A DNA stretch of 64,000 nucleotides from a virus. Taxonomy: Duplodnaviria; Caudoviricetes. The stretch is taken from positions 2,235 through 66,234 of IMG/VR virus record IMGVR_UViG_3300042356_000309; one strand, given 5' to 3'. The translations under genes and the position numbers were made by a program. A model generated the notes under the pieces. The model made no database searches. It was not told the origin of the DNA and saw nothing but the letters and a program-made list of their open reading frames with translations. Shown here piece by piece: positions 16,301 to 25,496 of this stretch. Numbering within the stretch: the first letter of the stretch is position 1; the number at the start of each line of letters is the position of its first letter.

Positions 16301-19300
16301 AGTTCCATCCATTGAAGTTATAGTAGCCTTACCTCCGTACACTATAATCTCATCTCCCACCTTGTAAACGTCAGCCTCTTGTTCCTTGAATGGAATGTTC
16401 TCTTCAATAGGCGTTAGCTCCTTAACTGTCTGAGCTCTCAACTGGTCACCCTTCCACTTAGATACAAGCATATCGTACCCATTGTCAGCAGCCACCTTAC
16501 TGATCCATGCAGCCTGGTAGTTAGGACTGAATGCCTGTCCAGGACGTACTTCTAAGAACTGTCTTTTAGCTTCGTCATAGAAGTTTTCTTGGTCTTCCTG
16601 TAGGTAGTATACCTTGTCTTTAGGTACAACAACAGTATGAAGTACTGGACCAACTCCAGCCTCCTTCTGACCCTCCTGTGTATAGAACTGAGCAACACCT
16701 CCAACAGAGCTTAGTGCAGCTGCCTCGTCTCTACCAGTTATCATGTTATCTCCAGATCTAGGCTTGATGGTTTCTCTCTTCTGATTAGAGTAGTGATGGA
16801 ATATATAGTTTCCGTTACCGTCTTCAGTAAGTTTGTCAGCTACTTCCTTTTGAAGAGCCTTCTGTCTTCTTGGAGCAGGTCCTTGATCTTGTATTTTAGA
16901 TGTGTTTACTCTAAGTCCTCTAACAGAAACACCAGATGTTGGAAATATCTTATTCTCTCTTTCCTTAGATGCTACAATATCATTTGTCTCAAAGTCCTCA
17001 AATACTTCTGACCAATTAAACCTATCTTTTAGTATATGAAGAGTTACTTTATTATTAGCTTTTTCAGATTGAATTGCTTTTGGATATGATTCATGCTTAT
17101 CTGAATTAACATCTTTAACCTTACCTCTTAATTCTAACACAGCATAAACTTGTCCACCTTTATCCCTTTTAACTCCTTCTTTTAGCATAGGTTCAGTAAA
17201 CATCTCAGATAATGCTTGAGTCATGTTTGCTGCGGATATAGATAGCTTTCCAGTTTTTGTAATACCCTTAAAGTATTTATTTTGAATGCCTTGAGAAAAT
17301 AATTTTCCAAATTGTTCAACAGATTTAGGGTTTGATCTTATAACATTAGCAGCTTCTTTTATTAATTCTTCAACAAAAGTTTTTCTATCCTCAAATGATG
17401 TAATATCTGGATTCAATAATTCCTTTATTCTTGATGCTAAAATATCAACAGAATCTGATTTATTTAATTTAAATTGAGTTCCTAATCCAACAAGTTTTAT
17501 TCTATATTGTTTATTTCCTTTTTTATCAAGAACTGGTTTACCATCTTTCTTTATTAATGTCTTTTTTTCTCTTGTAACTTTTGCAGCATTATTAAGCATT
17601 GTTTTTAACTGAGATGGAGTTATGGAAAAATTCTTATCAAATGCCTTAGATAAAAAGAAATCAAGAACTGAGTTAGACATCGTAGTACTTGATAATAATT
17701 TATCATAAGGAGCAGTTGTAAGACCCATATAAATAACACCACCATTTTGTTCAAATACCTTGTTTAGATCTTTAGCCATTTTATTGGCCGTTTCATCTGT
17801 ACTTGCCCAAAAATAACCATCTTCATGAAATTTAATAGGATAGAATACACCTCCTTTACCTTCTACTAATATTTCTCCATCTTTATAAATCATTCCTGAG
17901 AAAGCTGCGTCAGGTTGATGAAGGAACATATATTCACCATTAAAATCTTTTATGGATTTATTTCTAGTTATGTATCCATCATCTTCAAGTTTCTTAAACT
18001 TATTTCCATTTTTATCAAATACAAATGTAAGTTTAGATACAAAGTCAGAAAAATTAGACTGGAATCTTTTATTTGCATTTGATATTTCAGTACTAGATTC
18101 AATTTTCTTTACATCTTTTTGTTTTATAGTCTTACCCTTAGCAGTCTTTCTAGCAATAGTAGTAAGTACATCGTAAACCTCATTCCTATTGAATGGATTT
18201 AATCCAAATGATTTAGCTATTCTGTCTATCCATCTCTTGATTACATCCTTAACAGATTCTGGAGCTTCCATATAATACTCAGACAACATACCAACTAACT
18301 CGGATACCTTTTCCTCGTTCTGTATATTCTCCTCGTATTGAGATGCAAAATCATCTAAGTATTTTTTTAACTTTGGATTACTATCTATCTTCTTAGATAC
18401 AGCCTCAATCATTTTTCTTGTAGTCAAAGCTGCATTTGCTTCAGTCTTAACTGCGTTAATAAGTACTGCATGGAATACCTCATGGGCTACAGTTCTTGCG
18501 TTAGCCTGTTCTAAGTTAATGTGTATCTCTCCAGTTGCAGGATCAAAATAACCTCCAGACTCAGTATCTCCAGCAATAGCAGCAAATGAATCCCGTGTAT
18601 CGTGAACAATGAACTTTGTGTTAGGTAGTATTCTAGAAACTGCCTTAGCTGCGTTAGCAACTATCTTAGCCATTCTAGGCTTAGATATCTGAGCAGCACG
18701 ATTTTCAATCTCTACGTCAGTACCAGATATAACTGTACCTGTTGATGATTGTGAAGGAGCAGTTTGCTCAAACACGTTTGGCAACCTTCCCTCTTTTAAC
18801 GCTTTTGCAATTTCCTTGAACTGAGCTCCACTAAACTGCATAGGATTTTTACCTGTACCTCCAGTCTTTACGTTCTGAAAAGACCCAAGATCAAATAGTG
18901 ATTCTTGATCTGCTAGTCTACCAAACTCAATGGCCTGCTCTCTAGATGACTCTGGAGCCACAACGTTTAGATCGATAGACATCTCGTTAGAGTTAGGGAA
19001 CTTATAGATACCTACCTTAACAGTTTCGTTGTCACCAATCTTATCTGCGTGCTGCTCAACGAAGTCTGCAATCATTTCTGGAGTAGCTTCCTCAACAGTT
19101 GTATTAATACTAACTACTGGTACAACTAATCCTACACCGTCATAAACTGTTCCATCAAGATTAAACGTTGCCCCATCCTCTGCTTCTGGAGTTACTGCCT
19201 TTACTCTTTCTAGTTCTTGAGAAGAGTTGGTAGCAATTGTAGGTTTGTCTATAACAACTTCTTCTGCAACAGGTTGTTGCACAACTGTTTCCTCCAAAGC

Positions 19301-22300
19301 AGCTAGTTCTGCATCATATTTAGCATTTACAGCTTCTTCAATGGTTTGGTCATTGTTAACTTGATAAGTTTCTTTAAGACCATCTTCTGTATAAGTATTA
19401 AGTTCTTCTTGTCTTCTTGTTTCTATATCAGCTTTCTGAGCCTCTACATCTACTACTTGCGTCTCCTGGAGCCCACCGCCTGCGATAGTGCTATCGCCAA
19501 GATTTGTTTCTGGCTGCGTGGCTTGCCCGACTGTCCCTTCTCCTTGCCCGACTTGAGGTTGTCCTTCATTAGTTCCCTCACGTTGTACGACACCGCCTTC
19601 TGCTGTGCCTTCTTGCTGCTGTTCTGTGCTTTTCTTAATGGCATTTTTAGATATTTTTTTTAGTTCATCATTAATCTGCTCTATCCTTTCTTTCTGGCCA
19701 GCAACTAGAGCCTCATCCTTACCAGCTATCTCTTCTTCTAGTTCTTGTTTTTCTAATAATAAGCTATATGACTCTATCTTATCAGAAGTAGATAATTTAT
19801 TTGGAATAGAATCCAATAACTCTCCAGTTTTTTTAACAAATTTTATCTTTGCATCAGCTTCATCTTTAGATATTTCTCCCTTTTGAAGCAGTATACCTAC
19901 ACTTGTTATATATGCATCCCTATTTCTTACATCAGATGTATAATCATAAAATTTCTTAAACTCTTTATTTGCAGATGCAGATGCCATCCTGTTTGTTACT
20001 ATGCTTGCACCATTAGACATCGTACCAAATATAGCACCACCTGCCATTCCTAAAACTACATTTTCAGCTAATGATGATATATACTCTTTTCTACCTTCAT
20101 CAGTACTAAGATCTGGAGCATCTTTAAAATAATCTAGATTATATGCAGCATTTATAGCTGCCTTCATTCCTCCTTCAAATATAAATTGAGTTCCTTCTGT
20201 ACCTCCTTCTGCAACTGCACCAACAGTAACATCAAACGCTCCAGCCGCAATAGCCTTTCCTATGTTCTTAGATATCTCCCTTTTAATAGTTTCTTCAGTA
20301 GCATCTTTTGGTAGGCCAGCTAATGATCTGCCTATTATAGATGTTATAACTCTTGAGTTAACTGGGGCCTTCATTTGTTCAAATCCATACTTCTCCAGCT
20401 TACCCATGACAAGTCCATAAGCAAAACCGTATGCATTTTTTTCTAATATTCCCATGTTGTCAAACTCTTCTGCTGTCATTTGCTCCCTCATGTCTGCATA
20501 TGCCCCAAGTATAAATCCAACTGATCCTCCAAGAGATGACCCCAAAGTTCCTCCAAGAGACCCTATAGCTTTTTCCCATATACTCCTATCTTCAGAAGAC
20601 ATCCATTCTGGAGTTGTTTCTTCCATAAATCCAAGTGATGACATAGTTTCTACACCAAGCTTTTTAGAATCTACTATAAATCTTGAAATGTCTCCATATA
20701 CCTTATTGTTTATTTCTTCTGGAGTCATTCCTTTTTCCAACATGTTATTATATAATGTTGGTTCTACAAAATTTTTAGCATCTAATCCTAACTTAACTAG
20801 ATCCGTCTCTACATACATAATAGCTTCAGCTATTCCCATAGATGCATCCATAAAATTAGATATAAATGAACCTACAATACCACCACTTTGTTCTCTTTCA
20901 AGAGAATTTAAACCTGCTGTTTTTTCTAGGCCTATAGATAGTTTATCTAAGTTTGCAGAAGATTGCTCGTAGTTGTATTTATCCTGCTCTACCTCTATTG
21001 TCTTTTTGTCTATTTCTTCTTGAGCTTTTTGAAAATCAAACGGATAATTTTTTATTACTTCAAGATTTTCATTTGCTAGATTTAAATATGTTTTATCTTT
21101 AGTTTTATCGTATTCTTTTTGATAATAATCAGCCTCTGCCTTTTTAGATTTTAAGAAGTCCTCCTCAAATCTTACTCTGCTTATGAGTCCACCTAAATCA
21201 TTGTTTGATTTTTGATATATTTTATATGCTGAATTAGATTGTTCTTCTACACTTTTAGCAATATTCTGCCACATGTCACCTCCTAGAGATACATTCTTAT
21301 CCATCATATTTTTATATACTGATGGGTTCCTGTATATCATATCGATCATTGCTCTCTCATACTCATCTTTATTTACAGCATTGATGTCTCCGTTATTAGA
21401 GTTAAACTTTCTCTCTAATATCCTAAAGTCTTTCTCTTTATTCCAAGTATCTATTAACCAGTCAGAAATTTCTTGAGGCGTGCTGTCTAGAGAAAATTTA
21501 TTTTGTCCAGGAGAGGTTATATTATCTCCATCTATAAAGAATCCATACTTATTCCAAAGAGATGAGTACTCTCCAGAATTTATTGATTTCTTTACATCAT
21601 CATAAAAATCAATATCTAGATTAGAAAAGTATTTTTCATCATCTTTATCTACTGTAAAGTATCTCTTTTTAGTTTCTCCGTATACCTCTTTCTTTTTTTC
21701 TATTTCTTTTTCAGCTTCACTCTGAAGGTAATTCCACTCTCCCCAATAATTTTGATTATAATAAAGATATGCCTTACCCATATCTATCTCTTCACCCTCT
21801 AAGCTATACATCTTTGATCCGTCTGGACTTTTATATGTATTCTCCTGTATCCATTCTGGGAATGATGGGAATTTTTTATAAGATTTTCCAGAAATAAATT
21901 CATGAAATTTATCAACAGCAGATTTGTTTGATTCATTTATTTCTTTCTGTATATCTATCTTTGTTTTTAAGTTCTCAGTAAATCCTTTTGTACGTCTCTC
22001 TATTTCTTCAAACTTACTTCTTGCTGGATCAATAACAGCTTCAGTGAACCACTCTATTAATTTTTTTCTTGGTTTTTTAATAGATTTACCATCTAAATAA
22101 ACCGTAGCCTCCTCCATTGTTTCTTTAAACTGACCTGTTTCTGGATCATATAATGACCCAGATGTCATATAGTCTCTAGTTGAGGCATACTCTAGTTCCT
22201 TTCCTACAGGAACCATAGCAGGTATAAGCCCAGACTGTCTTAGTAAGAAGGCTGTTCTTTCAGCGTCATTGGTCAATGAATTATACTCTTGTAGTTGCTG

Positions 22301-22894
22301 AATAGCTTTAGATGATGAGTTTGGATCGTACTCCCCCTTAGCAAATTTTTGAAAATCTACTTGACCTAACTTTGCAGCATTTTGCAAGTCCATAAGCATT
22401 TTTTCTTTGGGACTCATTTCATAGTTGTCCAAAACGCCCATTTGCTTCCTCCACTCTCTATCTGCAATTTGAGAGTTCCAGTCTGTTTCTTGAAGATTAC
22501 CCTTTAGTACTTCATCTTTTTCTATAGCATTTTGTACAGGGTATAGAATATTTTCTTTGTATTCTTGATCTGGACTTTTAGTAGTTGTTGTATCTACGTT
22601 TCTTTGCAAAGACGAGGATACCGAAGGCTCTGGCATCCCCATTTCTGGTGTAGCCAATGAACCACTTGTTGGATCTTCCATTGATGGTGATACCAACTCT
22701 TCTTTTTTTTTTAATGGTGTATACTTTATGTCAAAAGTTTCAAAGTCAGTACTTTCAATACCGTCTCTAGTAAGTACACCGTGTACCTTTTTTCTGTAAA
22801 TAGGGTCATTAAGCTGGTCTTCAAACTCACCTAATGTTTTTGTGTAGTAACCTCCTTCTGATAACTTATTGTATAAATCTTCTACTAACGCCAT
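13316..22894 (-). CDS. giant polyvalent internal virion/ejection protein (3192 aa) with SAMase-like, HExxH metallopeptidase, ART-like and LPD38-like domains
   Basis: Last gene of the ejection-protein cluster; GxFxP...IHIN...HEVFH...EE, HHYS...FYT...GYD and DFNQGG...PYFNAGMQG motifs. Confidence 0.85.
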   Translation of the reverse strand: MALVEDLYNKLSEGGYYTKTLGEFEDQLNDPIYRKKVHGVLTRDGIESTDFETFDIKYTPLKKKEELVSPSMEDPTSGSLATPEMGMPEPSVSSSLQRNVDTTTTKSPDQEYKENILYPVQNAIEKDEVLKGNLQETDWNSQIADREWRKQMGVLDNYEMSPKEKMLMDLQNAAKLGQVDFQKFAKGEYDPNSSSKAIQQLQEYNSLTNDAERTAFLLRQSGLIPAMVPVGKELEYASTRDYMTSGSLYDPETGQFKETMEEATVYLDGKSIKKPRKKLIEWFTEAVIDPARSKFEEIERRTKGFTENLKTKIDIQKEINESNKSAVDKFHEFISGKSYKKFPSFPEWIQENTYKSPDGSKMYSLEGEEIDMGKAYLYYNQNYWGEWNYLQSEAEKEIEKKKEVYGETKKRYFTVDKDDEKYFSNLDIDFYDDVKKSINSGEYSSLWNKYGFFIDGDNITSPGQNKFSLDSTPQEISDWLIDTWNKEKDFRILERKFNSNNGDINAVNKDEYERAMIDMIYRNPSVYKNMMDKNVSLGGDMWQNIAKSVEEQSNSAYKIYQKSNNDLGGLISRVRFEEDFLKSKKAEADYYQKEYDKTKDKTYLNLANENLEVIKNYPFDFQKAQEEIDKKTIEVEQDKYNYEQSSANLDKLSIGLEKTAGLNSLEREQSGGIVGSFISNFMDASMGIAEAIMYVETDLVKLGLDAKNFVEPTLYNNMLEKGMTPEEINNKVYGDISRFIVDSKKLGVETMSSLGFMEETTPEWMSSEDRSIWEKAIGSLGGTLGSSLGGSVGFILGAYADMREQMTAEEFDNMGILEKNAYGFAYGLVMGKLEKYGFEQMKAPVNSRVITSIIGRSLAGLPKDATEETIKREISKNIGKAIAAGAFDVTVGAVAEGGTEGTQFIFEGGMKAAINAAYNLDYFKDAPDLSTDEGRKEYISSLAENVVLGMAGGAIFGTMSNGASIVTNRMASASANKEFKKFYDYTSDVRNRDAYITSVGILLQKGEISKDEADAKIKFVKKTGELLDSIPNKLSTSDKIESYSLLLEKQELEEEIAGKDEALVAGQKERIEQINDELKKISKNAIKKSTEQQQEGTAEGGVVQREGTNEGQPQVGQGEGTVGQATQPETNLGDSTIAGGGLQETQVVDVEAQKADIETRRQEELNTYTEDGLKETYQVNNDQTIEEAVNAKYDAELAALEETVVQQPVAEEVVIDKPTIATNSSQELERVKAVTPEAEDGATFNLDGTVYDGVGLVVPVVSINTTVEEATPEMIADFVEQHADKIGDNETVKVGIYKFPNSNEMSIDLNVVAPESSREQAIEFGRLADQESLFDLGSFQNVKTGGTGKNPMQFSGAQFKEIAKALKEGRLPNVFEQTAPSQSSTGTVISGTDVEIENRAAQISKPRMAKIVANAAKAVSRILPNTKFIVHDTRDSFAAIAGDTESGGYFDPATGEIHINLEQANARTVAHEVFHAVLINAVKTEANAALTTRKMIEAVSKKIDSNPKLKKYLDDFASQYEENIQNEEKVSELVGMLSEYYMEAPESVKDVIKRWIDRIAKSFGLNPFNRNEVYDVLTTIARKTAKGKTIKQKDVKKIESSTEISNANKRFQSNFSDFVSKLTFVFDKNGNKFKKLEDDGYITRNKSIKDFNGEYMFLHQPDAAFSGMIYKDGEILVEGKGGVFYPIKFHEDGYFWASTDETANKMAKDLNKVFEQNGGVIYMGLTTAPYDKLLSSTTMSNSVLDFFLSKAFDKNFSITPSQLKTMLNNAAKVTREKKTLIKKDGKPVLDKKGNKQYRIKLVGLGTQFKLNKSDSVDILASRIKELLNPDITSFEDRKTFVEELIKEAANVIRSNPKSVEQFGKLFSQGIQNKYFKGITKTGKLSISAANMTQALSEMFTEPMLKEGVKRDKGGQVYAVLELRGKVKDVNSDKHESYPKAIQSEKANNKVTLHILKDRFNWSEVFEDFETNDIVASKERENKIFPTSGVSVRGLRVNTSKIQDQGPAPRRQKALQKEVADKLTEDGNGNYIFHHYSNQKRETIKPRSGDNMITGRDEAAALSSVGGVAQFYTQEGQKEAGVGPVLHTVVVPKDKVYYLQEDQENFYDEAKRQFLEVRPGQAFSPNYQAAWISKVAADNGYDMLVSKWKGDQLRAQTVKELTPIEENIPFKEQEADVYKVGDEIIVYGGKATITSMDGTVATFKGERMSGSIDTKRNATSITKARRQKGLKNVKALDILDENKKYIKERTKKTKAKDLAEEYIQKFEDRQADAKRALRNIAGVYSKRALNLLVNKAGASGWANERFKEAQKKIYGRKLNRNLLLSVKDMDLLNAMIYAKRIIAINKNRAERGMKPYKGMDGYSTAEAQADLQEIKNAIGDKKYADFENRTNEYFKVYEENLRNAFKSGRINEETYNTLKDIEYSPIKTLKYIIGEDQFTSTEIDTMSKTLGIKSDDIKRLGDENENAFASDTRWLMMMAINASERKNFENKLLNAINDSIENATDIEKQALSEIFLDNPVIGKTKTGSLIYKYDKNKIPLGYKEVIFYKKGVKRKMIVKNKYADQILDLNNVPDTLKQIGKLSGGSLLRFFATSGNPFFILGNVPADFSNILFLSDVYGKMPIIGKFYGAPHLAFDFVKNFLRASFGIKYKNIKREYLEHGGAMDYMSSDGIRQLLSKEYTIEVFGLPVLSLPRKTLVTYAKVVSYLGEKSEEAFRLSVYEKTKSDLIKKYKKENNGLDPQGQDLEDIMHDAVREAREVIDFNQGGEYAKNIDAVMPYFNAGMQGLRRTREYATKNPYGFASNMIQGSIMSAGIAAYSISVLLQRACAEAEDEDDCNKKMMDAINSIPEYEKANYHIIFTGEKDENGEYKYKRIKKLPGLSVITTFAEQMITKFFFSSRGVDYDVNNDIFWNTVKSSVPFYPENVLGKNPLVAAGIAYGLNYDTFRGEKIFKQQRGWENRVISPEYEGINDDNVNSLFKTIAPIFGMSPIRTQAMVEKIITSESTNPTLSILYAVANGMFDDKTDMGEAFSIATDEFIKNTSRKLVRSTNKNLLDKKEQDRIAEMLIEENDEEYYNTTKTYDDIKDIYDSGKELNVGELLDMIDERFKPVTKSELDSYYNKYNNYINNMSLDRRLLNIVFENKPKLQALYMYERYGASLDDEELDELNTIMKQTNSRISKTALIYYNENFKNK
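19453..19644 (-). CDS. nested out-of-frame small basic protein (MPL-K...KQxxAIALSxA type, DUF6496-like)
   Basis: Resembles a common stand-alone phage gene; A-rich start context AAAAAAATATCTAAAAATG; the host frame is a low-complexity linker here. Confidence 0.7.
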   Translation of the reverse strand: MPLRKAQNSSKKAQQKAVSYNVRELMKDNLKSGKEKGQSGKPRSQKQILAIALSQAVGSRRRK

Positions 22895-22904
22895 TGTTTT
22901 TATT

Positions 22905-24401
22905 TTAATTATCTAATTCTCCACCTATTTCGCTTCCTGTTTTAACAGCATCTCTTGCTGAACTCCAACTTACATACCTGTTAAGAGTATCAAAAGTTCT
23001 AAACGTTTTAACATCCTTCCATACCTTTTCAGTAGGAATTATTTTATTAGTTTTCTGATCTCTTATTATCTCATCTCCAGCATTTTGCAATTGTTGTAGT
23101 TTATAACTTCCATTATTAAGCAAAACAAGTTTATATCCAGAATCTAAGTAGTCATTAATTAAGTTTGTTGCAGCAACAGTCTTCTTGTTAAATAAATTTT
23201 TAAGTTGTTTAGCAGCCGTTGCATCTACTATCTCTGATTTAGTTGGTCCTCCAGATGATCCTCCAGAAGAACCTTTGTCTTTAGATTGTTCAAATTTTTT
23301 GGTTTCTAAATCAATCTGATACTCAAGGCTTTTATCTTTTGTAATCTTATCTTCAGTAGTCATATCTATCTGATTAGATATAAAATCCTTAACAGCTTGT
23401 CTTTGACCCTCAGTAAGATCTGGATTATACATATTATTCTCGTCAACACCCATTCTTACTAGTGACATATCTATATTATTTAGATCGTCCTCTGTTATCT
23501 CTTGACCAAGAATTTCTTTTTCAGACTGTAATTTAGAAAACAATTCATCATACTTCTGATTGTATTCTTCATCAGTATAATAGAAGCTAACGTCAAAGGC
23601 TCCATTGTCACCTAAAACACTTACCTGTGCCCTTGGATTTGAGTCTGGAGCAATAGCGTTATATATCCTTTCTTTCATCAGCTCGTACTCTTTCTTAACC
23701 TTAACACTTTCAGTAGTTATTTCAATGTTAGGATTATCTGGGTCTTTACTAAACATTGTTGCTGGCTGCCAGTCAGCTGTATAGTTTTGAATTTCTGAAG
23801 GAAGGTCAATCTTATTAACTTGAATGTTTTCTGGTAGACTTAACAACCTAATGTCTGATACCTTCCCTATAGGTTGTCCAGTAGTTCTATCAAACTTAGA
23901 CGTGTATACCCTGCCGTCATCACCAACAACTACAGAGTTACTCTTTACATCAGTAGCGTCTGTCCAGTTTTTTAAAAGCTCTGCCTCTAATACTCCAGAC
24001 TTACCTTCCTGTTGTCTTGTGATAACATCTGCAACTCTTTGATCGTAGTTCTTAGCATTATTAGCTAGAGTACCCCAGTACTCTTTTAAGTTATTTTGTT
24101 TTATTTGAAAGTCTTTAGGCTTTAATCTACCAGCCTTCAACTCTTTCTCCCAACCCATTATCTTGTTCCTAGCATCGTCAGCACCCCTAAGTATCATCTC
24201 ATTAAATGTCTGATCCTTACCTGGTGTATAGCTATTAATAAGTTTCTCGTTGTCACGAGACATTTGATCGAGTGCGTCTCTTTCGGCCTGTCTCTCTTTC
24301 TCTATAGTTTCAAATTTAGTAGACAACTTGCCACTAAGCCCAGACCAATCTACCCCCTGTGTCGTTGGGGATACGTAACCCATATATGTTTGTTCTGCCA
24401 T
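22905..24401 (-). CDS. internal virion/ejection protein (498 aa)
   Basis: Helical and charged; lies between the small Ala/Gly-rich ejection protein and the giant protein. Confidence 0.65.
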   Translation of the reverse strand: MAEQTYMGYVSPTTQGVDWSGLSGKLSTKFETIEKERQAERDALDQMSRDNEKLINSYTPGKDQTFNEMILRGADDARNKIMGWEKELKAGRLKPKDFQIKQNNLKEYWGTLANNAKNYDQRVADVITRQQEGKSGVLEAELLKNWTDATDVKSNSVVVGDDGRVYTSKFDRTTGQPIGKVSDIRLLSLPENIQVNKIDLPSEIQNYTADWQPATMFSKDPDNPNIEITTESVKVKKEYELMKERIYNAIAPDSNPRAQVSVLGDNGAFDVSFYYTDEEYNQKYDELFSKLQSEKEILGQEITEDDLNNIDMSLVRMGVDENNMYNPDLTEGQRQAVKDFISNQIDMTTEDKITKDKSLEYQIDLETKKFEQSKDKGSSGGSSGGPTKSEIVDATAAKQLKNLFNKKTVAATNLINDYLDSGYKLVLLNNGSYKLQQLQNAGDEIIRDQKTNKIIPTEKVWKDVKTFRTFDTLNRYVSWSSARDAVKTGSEIGGELDN

Positions 24402-24403
24402 AA

Positions 24404-25054
24404 TTAAGATGTAAATCCTTTATTTATCATCATAGGCTTGAAGAATTGCTCTAATGCCTTTCTTTTATCTTTATTTAAAGTTTGTGGATTTAATGATTTA
24501 TATAAATCAGTACTTGAGTATATATCTCCACCCAAACCTATTCCAGACTCAATAGCTCCAGTTATAGCTAAATTTTTTCTATCCTGTGCATCAGCAGCTG
24601 CCTGTTGAGCACCAGTTAGTTCAGCAGTATACATAGTCTCCTCTCTTTGAGCTTTTCTTTGCTCTATCTCTGCCTTGTTTTGAGCTTGATATAAATCTCT
24701 TTGTAGTTTAGTTTCTCCAAACTGTGATGCTACGTTTAATGCCTGTTCATTTGTTTGGGCAAGAATATTTCCAATACCTCCAATAACCCCTTCAGAACCT
24801 GCCCCTTTAGATGCCTCAATAGCTCCTTTTGCAGCTCTGTCTGTAGTTTGTTGAGCCAACTCATAACCTAGAGTAGGTACTTGGACACTTCCAAATGCAT
24901 CAAGTTCTTTGATTCCAGTTAATTTAGCAGCTGCTTGAGCAGCCGCTTTCTGAGCTTGCTCTCTTGCCTTTTGAGCTTTTATAGCTTGTGCTACATTTAG
25001 ACCTAGGCCTGCTACTCCTCCTGCTACCGCCATAGTTGTTGTTACCGCTGCCAT
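24404..25054 (-). CDS. internal virion/ejection protein (Ala/Gly/Gln-rich, T7 gp14-like position)
   Basis: Hydrophobic Gly/Ala N-terminus and coiled coil; synteny. Confidence 0.7.
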   Translation of the reverse strand: MAAVTTTMAVAGGVAGLGLNVAQAIKAQKAREQAQKAAAQAAAKLTGIKELDAFGSVQVPTLGYELAQQTTDRAAKGAIEASKGAGSEGVIGGIGNILAQTNEQALNVASQFGETKLQRDLYQAQNKAEIEQRKAQREETMYTAELTGAQQAAADAQDRKNLAITGAIESGIGLGGDIYSSTDLYKSLNPQTLNKDKRKALEQFFKPMMINKGFTS

Positions 25055-25085
25055 CTTATTTTTTATTATTCAAAGTTATTAAAAA

Positions 25086-25496
25086 TTATTGTAATATCTT
25101 AATCATTTCTTGACAATTTTTATCACCAGATAAAAATCCACACTCTACGTACCTGTCAACTAAATGCTTGTTCTTTAGTGACGTATATATGTACTTATAC
25201 CCCTCCTGCTCTACGTATATAGATAGAACGTTTATCAGCATGTTCAGTGCCTCCTTACGGTCTGCCCTGTTCTTGTAGTTAGGGTTTGAAACTATGTACT
25301 CTATCCAAGCTGTCTTGGAGTTTGTGAAGTACACAAACCCAGCACATATATGCTCTCCACCCTTAGACACCATTATACCTCCAGCACCGTTCTGAGGGAG
25401 CATATCCCTGCTAGGTGCAGTCCATCTCCACTGCTCCCACCAACCCTTAAGGATGGTATCGTAGTCATCTTCTTTTAGATATCTAACCTCCATCAT
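25086..25496 (-). CDS. GNAT-fold acetyltransferase-like virion assembly protein
   Basis: R-x-L...D pattern and ICAGFVY, WIEYIVSNP, Y...GF motifs; usual position before the ejection genes. Confidence 0.7.
   Translation of the reverse strand: MMEVRYLKEDDYDTILKGWWEQWRWTAPSRDMLPQNGAGGIMVSKGGEHICAGFVYFTNSKTAWIEYIVSNPNYKNRADRKEALNMLINVLSIYVEQEGYKYIYTSLKNKHLVDRYVECGFLSGDKNCQEMIKILQ

Noticed and set aside
14480-21476. Numerous + strand ORFs opposite the giant gene (also opposite terL, groEL and the 667-aa gene)
   Set aside because: Antisense shadows rich in S/L/F/I with no start context or motifs.
13316-22894. Virion RNA polymerase as in crAss-like or N4-like phages
   Set aside because: No convincing DxDxD catalytic motif in context (only DIDFYDD in a helical region); the recognisable domains are polyvalent-protein types.
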